Below are positions 1-14,636 of a stretch of 64,000 nt of DNA, in pieces (the stretch's first letter is position 1; each line of letters starts with the position of its first letter). The position numbers were made by a program, and so were the translations under genes. Below the pieces are notes generated by a model. The model worked only from the letters and a program-made list of their open reading frames with translations, had not been told where the DNA came from and searched no databases. Source of the stretch: Dendrobates tinctorius (taxonomy: Eukaryota); NCBI RefSeq assembly GCF_039654945.1, contig NW_027361825.1, positions 14,818,001 to 14,882,000 on the forward strand. Reading direction: 5' to 3'.

Positions 1-3000
1 ACAGGGCCCCTCATAGTACGCTGGTGTGTTTGACGGCGAGTGGGTCCCCCCACCATCAGAGACACTGTGTTGTTCTATGAGGGGCCCTGTGCCAGTGCAG
101 TCCGCCATCAGTGGGCCCATCCACCTGTTCAGAGCAACGGCACTTGCCCGGGTGCGCCAGGTGTTGACCCCCGCCCTTGGGAGGGTGGGCAGTCCAGTTA
201 GGGAGGATTAAAAAATGGCATATGTTGATGTGTAGGCTGGACATTCAGCAGCTGTAAATGGCGGAATTGGGCAAGTCAGAGGAAGAGGAGAACAAAAGCA
301 AGGCAGTTTTCTGGCAACGTAGGTGTCATCAGGGGATGGTGGGACAAATTCCTTGGAAACCCATGCATGGTTCATTTTAATGAAGGTTAGATCATCAACA
401 TTTTGGGTTGACAGACGGGTCCTTTTTTCAGTCAGGATTGATCCAGCAGCACTGAAGACTCTTTCAGATAACACACTAGCAGCAGGGCAAGCGAGCTCCT
501 GTAAGGCATATTGTGCCAATTCCGGCCAGGTGTCCAGTTTAGAGGCCCAGTAGTCAAAGGGGAATGACCTGTGCGGGAGAACATCGATATGGGAGGAGAA
601 GTAGTTTGTAACCATAGTTGACAACTTCTGTCTCCTGTCATTTTTAATCGATGCAGTATTAGCAGTCGTGTGAGTGGTACTTGAGAAATCAGTCCACAAC
701 ATGGTCATGAAACCCGTTTCCAATGCCACTTCAGGTGTGTGGACCACGAACACCTCTTCCATTGTACCCACTACGGCTCGTGGGAGAAACAGCACCGCTG
801 CTGTGTGCTGGGAAAGCCTCAAACAAACGGTTTACCAAAGTTGCTTGTTTGTGAGACAATATTATCTCTAGGTTCTCCTGTGGTAAGATGTTGTGCAATT
901 TGCCTTTGTAGCATGGATTGAGGATGCTGGCCAGCCAGTAGTCATCATCCTTCATCATTTTGGCAATGTGGGGGTCCCTTTTTAGGATCCACAAGGCATA
1001 ATCGCACATGTGGGCCAATGTTCCAGGTGTTAATAATGCACTGCCACTGCTGGGTGGAGGAGCACTTTCTGGAAAATCCACATCCCTACAGTCACGCACA
1101 AACCCTGTACCTGACCTTGCAACGCCAACATTTTCTCTTGCCCCCTGAGAAGCATCCTCCTGCCCAAAATAATCATCCCCCTCATCCTCCTCCTCCTCCC
1201 TTTCCTCTTCATCCACCTCGTCCAGGACAGTTCCCTGACCAGACAATGGCTGACTGTCAGGATGGCCTCTCTCCTCCTCCTCCTGTTCCTCCTCCGCTGC
1301 AGATGCCTGTTCTTTAATGTGCATCAAACTTTGCATGAGCAGATGCATAAGGGGGATGCTCATGCTAATGATGACATCATCAGCGCTTACCAGCCGTGTG
1401 CATTCCTCAAAACACTGAAGGACTTTACAGTGGTCTTTCAGCTTTGACGACTGCACACCCGACAATTCCATGTCTGCCCTTAAACTGCCTGCCCATGTAT
1501 TCTCCCACAAATGCATTACAACCTGCCTTTGTTCGCACAGCCTCTCAACCATGTGCAGGGTGGAGCTCCATCTTGTTGCAAAGTCTATAATTAGGCGGTG
1601 CTTGGAGAGGTGGAGCAATAGCTGCAGCTTCTGAATACGAGTGGAGTGTATGGCCGAGCGATGGATGTGCGAGCACAGTCTTCGCACCTTATGGAGCAGG
1701 GATGTTAACTCCGGATAATTATCAAGGAAGCACTGCACCACCAGGTTCAAAGTGTGAGCCAGGCAAGGTATGTGTGTGAGTTTTGCAAGGCCTATGGCTA
1801 CCACAAAATTACGGCCGTTATCACTGACTACTTTGCCTGGCTCAAGATGTAGACTGCTCAGCCATGACTCAGTTAGTCGCTGCAAGTAGTCGGCCAGTAC
1901 CTCCGCGGTGTGTCTGTTGTCGCCCAAAGACATCATCTTTAACACAGCCTGCTGACGCTTACCACTAGCTGTTCGATAGTGGGACACCTCATGTGCAACA
2001 CTGACAGCTGAGGATGGAGTGCTCGTGCAACTGCTCTCTGTGGACGAGCTTTCGCTTATAGAGGAGGAGGCTCGAAAGCTTACAGGCAACTGTTTTCTAT
2101 ACCGTGGGCTAGGCAGCACTGTTCCACCGCCACTGTGCCCTGTGGAGCCTGCATCCACCACATTAACCCAGTATGCAGTGATGGACATGTAACGGCCCTG
2201 GCCATGCCTACTGGACCATGCATCTGTTGAGAGGTGCACCTTTCCACTCACTGATTGCTTGAGTGCATGGACAATGCGGTCTTTCACATGCAGGTGGAGG
2301 GCTGGGATGGCTTTTCGAGAAAAGAAGTGCCGACTGGGTAGGTCATATCGTGGGACAGCGTAGGCCATGAGGTCGCGGAAAGCTTCGCTTTCAACCAAAT
2401 GGTAGGGCATCATCTCTAATGAGATTAGTTTGGCAATGTAGGTGTTCAAACACAGTGTATGCGGATGAGAGGATAAGTACTTTCTTGTCCAACTCAGAGT
2501 GTCTGGTAGGGTGAGCTGTACTGGAGAGCTGCATATGGGGGAACTAGCGGTGGACCGGATGGACTGAGAGGGGGTTAGTGATGGTATTGGTGGTGATGGC
2601 CTAGATTCAGTGTTGTGTTGCAAAACCATTGTGATTCCCTGAGTGCTTTGGCCTTGCGACGACACCTCAACATTTAATGCTGGTGGTGTGCTGTATGGTG
2701 GCAGTGGTGTTACAGTGGGGGAAGTGATGGAGTGTTGCTGGCTACCTTCAGTTGGAGCAGGTGCACATGTGCTACCTGACGTTTTGTAGTCCGTCCACGC
2801 TTGCAAGTGCATGTTGGTTAAATGTCTAAGCATGCCACTGGTATTCAAATTTCTGAGTTGTTTACCTCGGCTAAAGGTTCTTCTGCACTTCTTACAGGTA
2901 ACCTTTGCTGTAGGATTTTGGACAAAGAAGTCCCACACTGCACTTTTCCTACTATGGTATACATTTTCTGGCCTTGCACTCTCTGCTAACTTGACCGTCT

Positions 3001-5218
3001 GGGCAAGCTGTCATGCAACTCTTTTATTTTTTGGTCCACGTTTTTGGACAGCTACGGGCCTGCCAGATAACCGCTGCTGCAATGTCAATGCCTGCTGCGG
3101 ATCCTTCTCCTTATCTGAACTATTGCCAGCGCCACCCTCCTCCCCCAAAGGATGCCAATCCAGGTCAAGAACTGGGTTATCCATCACCTCCTCTTCAAAG
3201 TCATCTGCACCTTCCTCTTTACCTTCCTCTGTGTCACCGTGTAAGATGGCATAGTATGCGGGAAGGGGCACCTGAGTTTCCTCTGTGTCAGATTCTGTCT
3301 CATTAGACTGCGAGGGCAATGTAGTGCTCTGGGTCAATGTACCAGCAGAATCATCTAGCAGTGGCTGTGCATCAGTGCACTCCATGTCGGATTCATCTTG
3401 GACTGGGGAATTCAGGATTTGACTGGATAACCCAGGCATGGTATGTGAAAAGAGCTCCATAGAGTAATCTGAAGTGTCGGCTGCCGCATCCTTCGTTTTT
3501 GGTGGGGGTGAAGGACACAAGGAAAGGTGTTTTTCCTGACCAGAACCCTGCACTGACGACTCCGTGCTTGCAGGTTTGGAACGTTCAGAAGAGGAGGCAA
3601 TAGAGCTGATGGCTGTTTCGACAATATGCACCAAAACCTGTTCCAGATGCTCCAGCTTTAAAAGCGGTTTTCCTACTCCAAGAAAAGGGAACCTTACAGG
3701 CCTTCTTGGGCCAGACGATGATGCAGGCTCAACACCTCCTGCCTTAGCTGCTATTGTGCTTTTGCCAGAACCAGCCAATGCACCACCGCCATCAGTAACA
3801 GCCGCGCCCCCCTGCCCACGTCCACGGCCTCTTCCACCAAACTTCCTCACGTTTGGGAAAATGTACCCAAAATACCAGCAGAGAGATGGTACTGTATGAG
3901 GAGCGTCCAGCTGTGTAAGGTTTATTAAAAAAATTAAATCTACGTATATTTTTTGTTAGTCACAGACGCTCTCACAGTATGTATTTGACCGTAATACAAC
4001 AAGCAGATATACGGAACTGTATCAGAAGTGTACAGCTGGATACGTTTTTTGTGTAACTAACAATCTCCGTATATGTATTTACAGAGTGTCACACACACAC
4101 ACGCTGACTCTGTATAGATGTGACTGTAATGCGAACAGCAGATATACAATACTGTTTGAGAATTGGACAGCTCAATACGATGTAGGTCTGGAAAAATGGA
4201 AAATCTCTTTTTTTTTCCAGAAAAACACACAGATAGCTTGTATTTGTCCGTGATACCAGCCGGTACACGGTAGTGTGTGAGGAGCGTACATCGCTATACG
4301 GTGTCTGTATGGAAAATTGTAAATCTCAGGCTATGTTTAAACGGAGTGACACACGCTGTCTCTGTATAGTTTGGACCATAATCAAACCGCAGATTTACTA
4401 AACTGTTTGAAAAGCCGACAGCTCTATACAGTGTAGGTCTGGAAAAATGGAAAATCTCCTCGGCTTGTTTTTCCAGAAAAATACACAGATAGCTTCACTG
4501 TTTGAAAAGCTGACAGCTCTATACGGTGTAGGTCTGGAAAAATGGAAAATCTCCTCGTTTTTTTTTCCAGAGTCACACATAGATAGCTTATATTTGTCCG
4601 TGATACCAGCCGGTACACGGTAGTGTAAGGAGTGTACACCGCTATACGGTGTGTGAAAAAATGAACGCTCGGTAACTGAGCAGAACAAAATACTAAAATT
4701 GGAGTGCTTTGAAAAAAGCAGTTTGAACAACAGCCTAATCACCACCAGCGCTGCTGCATACAACTAAAATCCTCCACTTTCACTGCACACTAACTGTACA
4801 GTGAAAAGCGCTAGCAGCAGAAGCTATTTTTTTTTCTTCTTCCCTGCCTAACGCTCTCCCTATTCAGAATCAGCAGCAGCACCTCTCCCTGTTTTAAGAT
4901 CGGCAGAAGTAAGATGGCGGTCGGCAGTCACGGCCTTTTATAGCCCCTGTGATGCCACACAAAGCCAGCCAATCACTTCAATGCCCTTCTCTAAGATGGT
5001 GGTGGCCGCTGCACTTGTCATCGCGCTGCCCACAGTGTGCGTCCTCCATCATTGGCTGCAAAAAGGGGCTGGAAGCATCATTTGAAACGCGACTTTGGAG
5101 CGCGGATCGGCGACCTCATGGCCGACCTCACGCTATGGTCGGGTTTTGTTTTATGAAACCCGACTTTGGCGAAAGTCGGCGATTTTTGAATTTGACCGAC
5201 CCTTTTTGCTCAACTCTA
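1..5218 (-). mobile_element. hAT DNA transposon (other end lies beyond the window start)
   Basis: Carries the transposase above and subterminal tandem repeats at about 3950-4660. Ends in GCTCAACTCTA at 5208-5218, the same terminus as the TSD-verified hAT foldback at 25060-28649. Confidence 0.75.
208..3850 (-). pseudogene. hAT-family (ZBED-like) transposase, disrupted by one in-frame stop and one frameshift
   Basis: ORF 3011..3850 and ORF 731..2938 share a frame, separated by a single TGA at 3011-3013. Motifs: BED finger (WDFF..CKKC..HLTNMH), catalytic region (LSTDAWS, VSDNGRN, CLAHTLNL, TRWSS), and after a frameshift near 760-820 the hAT dimerisation domain (CPAASVLSERVFSAAG...LTFIKMN, ORF 208..822). 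Confidence 0.9.
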
Positions 5219-5693
5219 GTTATAATCCTAAACTGATCATCATTTCTATGTTGATGACCATTAGATAAGCAGTAATGCCGTACTATCCTTGTGAAAGTGA
5301 TGCACATTATTAATAAGTTTCCAATTTCTTCTTGTATTTTCTCTGTTATATTTTATATGAAAGATCAAATAATATTTTTCAAAGATAAAAACCATAAAAC
5401 TTCTTGTGTCAGTCCTGGCTACCATGGGATAAAATATCTCACTATTGGGTGTAATGTAGGGCATTTCAAATTCACATGTCATAGTAAAAAAACATATTAC
5501 CCATAAATGTAATCGGTAAAACAAATATGACATTATAACGTACTTTTGGGCTATGATGTACTAAAATCATTTAACATTACATGCAATTCAAAATTAAAGG
5601 AGGAAAAATTAAAATTTTACACCATTAAACCATTTATTGCACATGGCAGAATGTTACTGGACAGTACATAAAAAACTGAGGAAACAAAGTAAC

Positions 5694-6858
5694 TGTCATG
5701 ATCCAGTGTGGATCTGACAGATTAAATGGATAAGTGAACTTTTTTCCTTTGGCTAGGTGCCAAAGTGATGTGATTGCCCCCGGTGGCCATTAGAATTATT
5801 ACACGTGGTGTCGCTCATTCTAAGTTGCCCCGGTGGTGGTGAGTGGTAGTGCACTTTAGTTTCTTTGGTTTAGTGCACGTAATTATAAATCAGGTGTGAG
5901 GCTCTTTAAAAGAGTTCAGGTGGGTTTGATGACTGTTGGTGATATAGTGAGTTCATCATTTGGGAAGGAAGCCTGGGTGATGAAGGAGCTGAACATGAAT
6001 CCTGCGCAGCCCAGCCAGAGGGGACGAGTGGCAGCTAGGTGGTCTGCAAGAAGGGCTGGCATGGCGTGGTGGAGTCACAGTTTATGGTGTCGGCAGGAAG
6101 TGCTTGCATGGCTTGGTGGAGTGACGACTATGGAGAGAGTTGCACTCAGCATGCGGGACTTGGTTGTTGAGAGCTGGACTCAAGCATGCTTGACTTTTAG
6201 GGCAGGAGCTGAACTCATCTTTGGGACTCTGTTACTGGACAGCTGCAACTGGTGGTGGACTCTGCTCCAAGGCTGCACTATGGTGAAGGATCCAGTTATG
6301 GTGATGGATCCGGGTGGAGGAGAAGATGCACACAGGTGGTGGACTCTGTTGGTAGGAGCGTACGCAACAGAGCCAAGCTAAGTGGTGTTTCCCCAGTATT
6401 GTCATTTTCCATCATGTGTGTTTAGTGCAGTGGTGGGATTAGTTTCCGCACCGACCAATTCCCTAGTGAGGGTTTAGGTTCAGGGCGAGCTAGGGTTTTT
6501 AGGTTCCTGTGTGTGGCCCGGTGCAGAACCGGCATAGGGAACATTAGGAGTGCAGGGACACTGGCTCAGGGGAGTTCAGGAGGTCTCCACTTCCCTATTC
6601 CCTATTGCAGGGCCCACCATTGTTAATGTTACCCAGGTTCCCCCTTTATTATTTAAATTCGCCTTACTGGAGGCGGGGTTTCCAGACTACTGTATGTATA
6701 TCGTGTAATACCTAAATTCGCCAGTTGGAGGTGACGTATCCAGCTGCACGTTTTATTATTTAAATTCACCCCACTGGAGGCGCTGTATCCAGGGTCACGG
6801 GTGTCTTATGGGTTCGCCTTGCAGTAGTCGCTGCGTCCAGACACACGTGACCGTGACA
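5694..6858. mobile_element. Solo LTR (Gypsy-type)
   Basis: TGTCA...TGACA ends flanked by the 5-bp direct repeat GTAAC (5689-5693 and 6859-6863). Confidence 0.8.
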
Positions 6859-7217
6859 GTAACCTTGTATGACATCATATCCTGCTCTACCTAATCTACT
6901 CAGAGTTTTCAGGTAACACTCTTTGCTTAGTTATCCAAATGGAGGAAGCAACTAAAATGTAATGGAGAGTTCTCTGTATTACTTAAATAATGTACTGGGG
7001 TACCTCCAAAGCAGAAAATGACATCTAAGTGTTCTGGAAACTTCTCATGTACAGCTCATTAATGTCCAGGTAGGTTGCTTTTTTCTGATATTTCAAGGGG
7101 GTTCTGCCAGCTCAGCAATTATCAACTAATCAAAGAATTGCTAATAACTTACTGATTGCTATGAGTCTCACCACGGGGACCCCCTCCCAACAGATTTTGG
7201 CAATGGCGCTCTTAAGC

Positions 7218-9380
7218 AGTGATGAGCGAACTATTCAAAATTTAGTTTGGTTCAATTCTCCAAACGTCCCAATGTTCGCTGCATGGTTCAACGAAAATAC
7301 CTGAACCCCATTAGATTCAATGGTAGGCCAAACCTAATGGATATGCAACGCCTTAAGTGGTGACAAGAAGCTTCCCATACAGCTAAAATTAGGGGCAGAC
7401 ACCATGAAAAGTGGCAGCAATTTACTCACAGTAGAACATTTTATAATCGCACAGAAGCAGTCAACCATGGGCCGTACATGAGGTATCAGGGTCTGGGCCA
7501 ACATTTACAGATTTGAACTGAAGTTTCAAGGAGGACCTGGTGGTTAAGGGAGCGGTGTAAGCATTCATTCCTGGGAACCTTGATACCTCATGCAATAGCT
7601 CCAGTTTTTTTCCCCGCCACACTCATAAACCACTATTGGTAGAAAAATTCAAGGATAGTAACACAGGGAGTGATAGTAATTGCAGGCCTGCCTGTCTGGA
7701 AGCCCTACTTTTACAGGCAACACACATGATGGAGACTTAACTTTAAAAATTATTCTCACACATCACTAAAGTGGCATAAATTTCCATGGAGCAGAAACAG
7801 TATAATAGGCCTCTGACAAACCTTCCACTACAGGCAACCCACCAGATGGGGGCACAACTTGGAGTCTCCACATTTCTAAAAATAATTGTCACACTCCACT
7901 AAAGTGGCATCAATTTCCACAAAGTAAAAACACTATAATAGGCCTCTGACACACCTTCCACTACAGGCAACCCACCAGATGAAAATTCAACTTGGAAACT
8001 ACACATTTCAAAAAATTGTCACACACCTCTAAAGTGGCATCAATTTCCAGTATAATAGACGTCTGACGCACATTCTAGTACAGGCAATCCACTGAAGGAA
8101 ACCAAAATTGGATTTTCCACATTTCAAAAAATTATTGTCACACACCACTAGAGTGGCACCAATTTCCACAGATTAGAAACAGTATAATAGGCATCTGACA
8201 TACCTTCCACTGCAGGCATCCGACCAGATGGAGACCCAACTTGGAGTCTCCACATTTCAAAATATTGTTTGTAACATCAGCATCAGTAGGAACAGCAGGC
8301 ACAGAAGCCACGACAATGGTGGCACAGATTGCAATAACGCAACAACATCGCCTAGTCTGTCCAGTCTGTGACTTGGGTGCAAAAGTAATTGGAGATCCAT
8401 GACTTGTTCATTTTGATGAAAGTTAGGTGCTCAACGCTTTTAGGAGACAGTCAGCTGCTCTTATCCGTCATGACAGCACCAACAGCGCTAAAGACACGTT
8501 CTGAGAGAACGCTCACTGCCGGGCATGACAAAAACCTCTAAGGTTTGACATTCGAGCTCAAGCCACTCTTACATTTTTGAAGACCAAAATACAAAAAGGT
8601 CCAAATTCTCTCTGATGGCATTTATATTGAGCTCAAGATACTGGTGCATCCTCTAGTCGTTCACAATGTGTCTGATTTGTACTCTGTTCTGCTGGTGCAT
8701 GGGCTGGGCTAAAAAATGTGTGATATGCCTCACAGAAATTTCTTATGCCACTCACACCTCTGCTGCTTATGTGTCTGCAATGACGCCTTAATAATCCCCA
8801 GGTTAAAAGTCTAGAACTGCGATGCACACGCACTTAAGAATGTGTATAAGCATGTTTCAATACTCCAGGATACATGCGTCCCTTTCCAGAGGGAGAAGCA
8901 TTTGACAATATTTACTCTTGTACCATGGATATAACAGAGTGGCAACCCAGCAGACAGCACTATTTCTAATCCTAAGAATACAGGCATCATGTTGAAGATA
9001 GTACAGCAAGAAGGCGCTCATGTGTCAGATACTTTCATGAGATCCAAGTCTATGGTGTGTTGGTGGTGGGGTAACAATTAAGGTTGCTTCCTCCATCCCC
9101 TCCCACCAAGCACGGACAACAGAGAGGAAAAAGAAATTAAACTCTGCAGCTCCTCTAACCTTAACACACCCCTCCCCTCATAAAACACATACAACACCAC
9201 TATCCTAGACAAAGTGAAAACAAAAGCATTAGTGGAAACACAATCATTTACTGACCTGTGACCGAATTTTGCAGACTTTGAAGATAAATGCTAGGGAAAC
9301 TGAACACGAATCCGAATGCGCTACATTTGTGGCGAATTTGAGATTGGCAAATGTTTTCTGAATAAATTCACTCATCTTGA
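7218..9380 (-). mobile_element. Degenerate second hAT element with transposase C-terminal remnant
   Basis: Reverse complement of about 8400-8545 reads ...CPAVSVLSERVFSAVGAVMTDK..LSPKSVEHLTFIKMN (hAT dimerisation domain). There are ~120-bp internal repeats at about 7700-8270 and decayed AGTGATGAGCGAA / TTCACTCATCT ends. Boundaries approximate. Confidence 0.6.
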
Positions 9381-10804
9381 CTCATAAGAAGAGATGGGTG
9401 AACCTGAACAGTAAAGTTCTAGGGTTCGTACCTAACACCTAGTGTCCATGCACAAACCCCAAACAGGACTTCTCCAGGAAGTCCAAGTTGCTGTTTGGGT
9501 TCGGCACCCTGGTAAGTCTTGCAAAAGACTATAGTTAGTCCAGCCCCATTTCCCTCCAGTTCTCCATTTTATCTCAGCCCTGCATCCTGGAAGCAACTCA
9601 TTCCTCTCCTCCCCTTGTGTCAGCATCGCTGGTACATAATCACGCTTCCTATATCTAATTCCTGTCTCAGATCAACCTGCTCAGTTAGTTCCCCCGGTTA
9701 GCTATTAGTGCAGGTAATGTTATGTATATTATGTATCCCTGATGTACCCTGTATTGACTTAGTGTATGTACTGTATATGTTTTACTTGTAGTTTCACCGC
9801 ATCAATATACCACTACGTTCAATAAAGCACCTCTCCATATCCAGCGGTAATGGCGTCTCGCTGTCAAGCATGTTGTCTGACTTCTTCGGGTCCCACCCAA
9901 TCGTGGATGGGACCACACTTCTCTTTTCCACCTGTTTCCTTGGATTCTGCTGCACGGGCGGGAAATCTTTCTTCGCCAACGTGCATTTAGGGCAGGCATT
10001 CTTCTCAAAGGGGTGTGGCTTTCTTTCTTTGGGTGCCAAAATGCTCCTTTGACACCCATGACAGGCAGCCTCATCCTTACTTTTCGTGCCAATGGCCGCC
10101 ATCTTTTCAGCAGTGGTCAGCGTCATCTTGCAATTCATGTTCTCCGCTGTCTGCAAGTCTGTCACGGCGGGTGACAAAACACAAGTCCCAAATTCAAAAT
10201 CAAACTCTCAGGCACTTCATCACAAATCCCACATTGAAAATCACAAGTCTCAGGCATTTCTTTCATTACTCTCAGGATTGCAGGGTTGTAGGGGTTCATC
10301 CTGCTGACTACACCAATTGTAACAAAGTGGCATGGAGTGGTAGTTATGGCCAAGTCACTTAAAGCTACCATCCATGAACAGAGTCCACTGAGCTAACAGT
10401 CAGTGAGCACCCCACCCCATTGCATATAAAATATACAGGAAAGATGAACCCCTGGCAATTTACCTCTTCTCCACAGTAACTGCAACACAGCCAATCAGGA
10501 TCCAGGAATACTGTTAAAATCCAACAGGGCTAACAGTTTATTGTAGAGTAGAGAAAAGGCAATAAAAGTAGAAAAACATAAAAAAAGGTAGTTACAGTAA
10601 TTCAAGTACATTTCCTGCTCTTTCCCTAGTTCCTTCATTGCCATATCAGTGGCAGCAAACAAACAGCGGCAGCAAATGCGGCAACGGCAGCCGCCGTACA
10701 GTCACAGTCCTCAAGCCAATTACTGGACACTTATAGTCCTCGGTGGGGCACTACTAAGTCCCTGTGCCTGACAGTCCTGGCAGCCAATATTCTACCCAGC
10801 CGGC

Positions 10805-10985
10805 CGGGTGCCCTTCTGTCCCAGACAGGGATCCACTTATACCCCAAATGGGGGTCCTCACTGTTCCAGACAGGAACACACTTATACCCCAGATGGGAGT
10901 CTCTTCTGTCCCAGACAGGGACACACATATGCCCCAGACAGGGGCTCCTTCTGTCCCAAGAGGGGACGCATCTGTGCCCTAGACA
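10805..10985. repeat. Short ~31-bp minisatellite
   Basis: Repeated TTCTGTCCCAGACAGGG / CTTATACCCCA units. Confidence 0.6.
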
Positions 10986-13703
10986 AGGACATGCACCTTG
11001 CCTCAGGACATCCTGCCTGGGCCCTGACCAGGAAGTAAGAGCTTTCTCTTCCCTAAAGGCTGCTGGCTCATTCCCCTAAATTAACACCTTCTGTCCCTGC
11101 CTCTAGCATGTGCATACAAATATGGCAGTGTAAAGCATAGAGAACAATACAGAATAAAATGGGCATCATACATTGCATTAACACCAGCAAAACATTAATG
11201 TATATAAATACACCATTCGGGTGCTGCATAAAGTGCACAGGCCCAGCACAAGGGGTTGAGGGAGCAGACAAGGGTTTCCGCCAGCTCCTTACACCTGCTC
11301 TCTCTGTTATCAACTATAGCAGGCATACACTGATGAGAGTAGTTTTCTCTCACCAGCCAACACCTGTGACCATTGGTAATTTTTTTACCGTCGATCACAG
11401 CTTCTAGCTTATGCTGTTATCTGAAAGTATGGGAACCACATCAATTTGACCTGTGGTAACGATTTTACCACTGATCAGAGCCCATGTTTGCCGTGCTGTG
11501 ACACAGATGACAGAGTGACAAACAATAGATGTTCGGGCCCCCCCCCATTCATGGGAATAGGTTCTGGTACACAAACCAAACTTTTTTTAGATGTCCTGCC
11601 GAACCCGCTGGACCCAAACATCCACAGCATTGCCCATCACCACTCTTAAGAGCTCTAACTGAAAAGAGAAGTGACCGCTTGTGAGCAACAACTTTCAATT
11701 TATCGTCTATAGGAATGCCAAAGATCACGGATGTGATGACACAGCATTTCTTCTTAATTATACCAGACATGAATTGAGTAGGTCCAGAATCATAAACTGT
11801 TGTCGGAAGTATTGACTCTTCTTGTAGGATGAATATTTACCTCTAATACGTTATCTCCCACAGTTTATCTAATGTTACTTTTGTAAAACAGCAAGGCATA
11901 GCCACTGAATAATGATGTGTGCTGATATGATGATTACTTACATTATGCCAGCCAGTTTCTTGGTATTCCCAAACAGAGAAGGGAAAACTATGCAAATAGC
12001 TTACATAATTGAACAATGCAGGTTAGCCTCATTCATCTCTCTCTCTGACCTCTGGATGATGGTTTACGGCCAGATGACAACTATATACAGAGCCTTTTTT
12101 TCTGGTCCGTGTGACTCTTCAGGATTTCAGCTTAGGGTACTACGGACCCGGCTGGAAGAACACAGGACTGCTTCACTGACCATCATTGAAACCCCAGAAA
12201 TGTCTTAAAGAATCCAGGTTGAGACAATCGTTTCACCTGGCCACATACCTCTTTGCTCTCGGTTAGCTTCCTAAGCTTGTCGTTACCTACTCGCTGTGGT
12301 GGCCCGCTAAAAGCAGGTTTTGCCACTGGTTTGGGTATGCGACACTGGAAGCAGCTGTATCCCGGCTAGTCAGCAAAAGGGTGAGACTCTATAACTTGCA
12401 CCATCTTGGATATTTGCTTTTACCATCACCCTGTGTTGTCTGAGTAGTGTTCTGTCCATGAGGAGAGAGAGCAGGCGTTCGGTGGTATGAGCCCTGGTCC
12501 ATGCAGTCTCTCTAAAGACAGCTGGGCCAGCGGACCAGAGCACCGACTGTCCCCCGTGTCTACACAGCGGAATGCAACACTGAGGTACTGTACTGCAGGC
12601 AATCCTATAGACAGTGCATGAAATGTAGGTGTGCATTCTCAATCTCTGCTGCATTCAGACAGGCCTGTTCTCTAGATCTTAAGGATTCCAGTGGACATCC
12701 CATTAGTGATCAGTAAGTTTTCTGTTTTCGCATGGGGATAACTAATTTGCTATAACCCCTTAAAGGCACAAGATCAGTGTAAAACAACTAATTAAAAGCT
12801 TATACATATGATAAACACATTTTTAATATTCTATATTGTGTAGCATGGAGTAACTTTTCTGTATTTGCCCAGTAATTTAATTCATGGAGGTTTATAAGCC
12901 CAACCTTTATCTATGTAGAACATGAACTCTACACGTCCAGATTATGATAATCCAGCAGTCCATTTCGGTTGACTCTGTATAGTGAGAGGAAATCTCAACT
13001 CACAGTTTAATTATAGAAAGAGTAAGCCATAAGACACTGAACAAACTATGCGTAAAGTGTGTGACAGGAGAGCAGTGAAGGACTTTAGTGTGTGAGCAAC
13101 AGGCCGTTGGTTAACTTCAGTTACTATTTATTTATCCATAGCACTATATGTTGAGGTCACTTTTATATTACTAAGGTCGAGTTTCCGTTAAAGAGCTTGA
13201 AAGGGTTTGAATGGAGCATAGACGGGAGAATGCATAGAACTTACCTGTGGTCACTTGACAGTGCGTAGCGCATGAGATGAGAGGATTTGCAAGTCTGCAG
13301 TCACATAGAGTGACTGCTGACTGATAGGATAAGACCAGACATAACCCCTTTAATATGTGCTAATAATATCAACTTTAAGAAAACTATTGCCTTTAAATAT
13401 TACATCTCTCCTTGAATTTACTCTGAAAATCACATTTCCTTTTACAGCTGCTGCTTGACATTGAGTACCACTGCGTTACTGACTTTTGACCAGTGTACCC
13501 AGGACCTTTTCACACCCTGTTATCTACATAACATATATGCAGTAATACTGCTTCTGTATTTAGTTAATTTACTTTCATTGATCAACAGTAATTCTCTGCC
13601 AAGATTTGCCCACAGCATTGAGTATTAATGTTTCCTATACAGATTTGTTAAAAAAAAATCACATCCGTTTTACAATATCAATATATAATGAAGACTGATT
13701 GAG

Positions 13704-14636
13704 TTAAACAGATATATTACACCTGGATGTCCTCCTTCTCCTTAGAGCATTTTTTATGTCTTTGTTTTTCAAGCTGTAGATCAGTGGATTTAGCAAAGGG
13801 ACCACAACTGTGTTGATCAAAGTGTAAAGTTTTTTGTATTCTAGATTGCTGGGTATCATATATTGCATAACATTCATTGTATAGAGAAGGATGACAATAG
13901 TGAGGTGTGAGGAGCACGTGTAGAAGGCCTTAGATCTGCCTGTGGTGGTACGGATCTTCATGATTGCAATTATTATAAAAATATAGGGCACAAAAGTGAG
14001 AAGAAATGGGGAAATAGTAAAAAGAAGCCATCCTTCAATGAAGAATAATATTTCCAATACAGAGGTATCACTGCAAGTCATCTTCATTAGAAGGATGATG
14101 TCACAGAGGAAGTGGTTGACTTTAATGGAGGTATAACATGAGAAACCTGATAGTAGTAAAGTATGTGGACATATGAAAATAAATCCTAAGGTCCAGCAGA
14201 AAGAAGCCAATACAACACATGTTCTCTGGTTCATAATCAATTTGTACCTCAATGGAATACAAATGGCCACATAACGATCATAGCTCATGGCCGTCAGTAT
14301 GTACAGCTCATGAATTGTGAAGGATCCGGTCATGAAAGATTGTATCATGCACCCATGGAATGAAACCTTTTTATTCCCAGTCATGAAACTAGTGAAAATT
14401 CTATGTAACACGGAGGTGGTAAAAAAGACGTCAATGATGGACAGATTGGCCAAGAAGAAGTACATGGGAGTGTGGAGATGATGTTCTAAGCAGATCAGTA
14501 TGAGAATCATCATGTTTCCTCCAAAAACAATCAGATAGACAAATAGAACTACAACAAAGACCATAATCTGTAATTCTGAGGTGTCCGAGAATCCTTCCAG
14601 GATAAAATATTCAATGACGGTTTTATTCTTGTACAT
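13704..14636 (-). CDS. Olfactory receptor, intact single exon, 310 aa
   Basis: OR motifs FILEGFS, LHTPMYFFLANLS, MSYDRYVAICIPLRY, HFLCD, KAFYTCSSHL, PLLNPLIYSLKNKD; N-glycosylation site NKT near the N-terminus. Confidence 0.95.
   Translation of the reverse strand: MYKNKTVIEYFILEGFSDTSELQIMVFVVVLFVYLIVFGGNMMILILICLEHHLHTPMYFFLANLSIIDVFFTTSVLHRIFTSFMTGNKKVSFHGCMIQSFMTGSFTIHELYILTAMSYDRYVAICIPLRYKLIMNQRTCVVLASFCWTLGFIFICPHTLLLSGFSCYTSIKVNHFLCDIILLMKMTCSDTSVLEILFFIEGWLLFTISPFLLTFVPYIFIIIAIMKIRTTTGRSKAFYTCSSHLTIVILLYTMNVMQYMIPSNLEYKKLYTLINTVVVPLLNPLIYSLKNKDIKNALRRRRTSRCNISV

Noticed and set aside
9794-10177. 127-aa ORF with two CxxC pairs (gag or zinc-finger-like)
   Set aside because: No recognisable family motif, LTR pair or TSD could be established.
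12370-12654. Possible tyrosine-recombinase remnant (RAHTT)
   Set aside because: A single weak motif with no supporting context.
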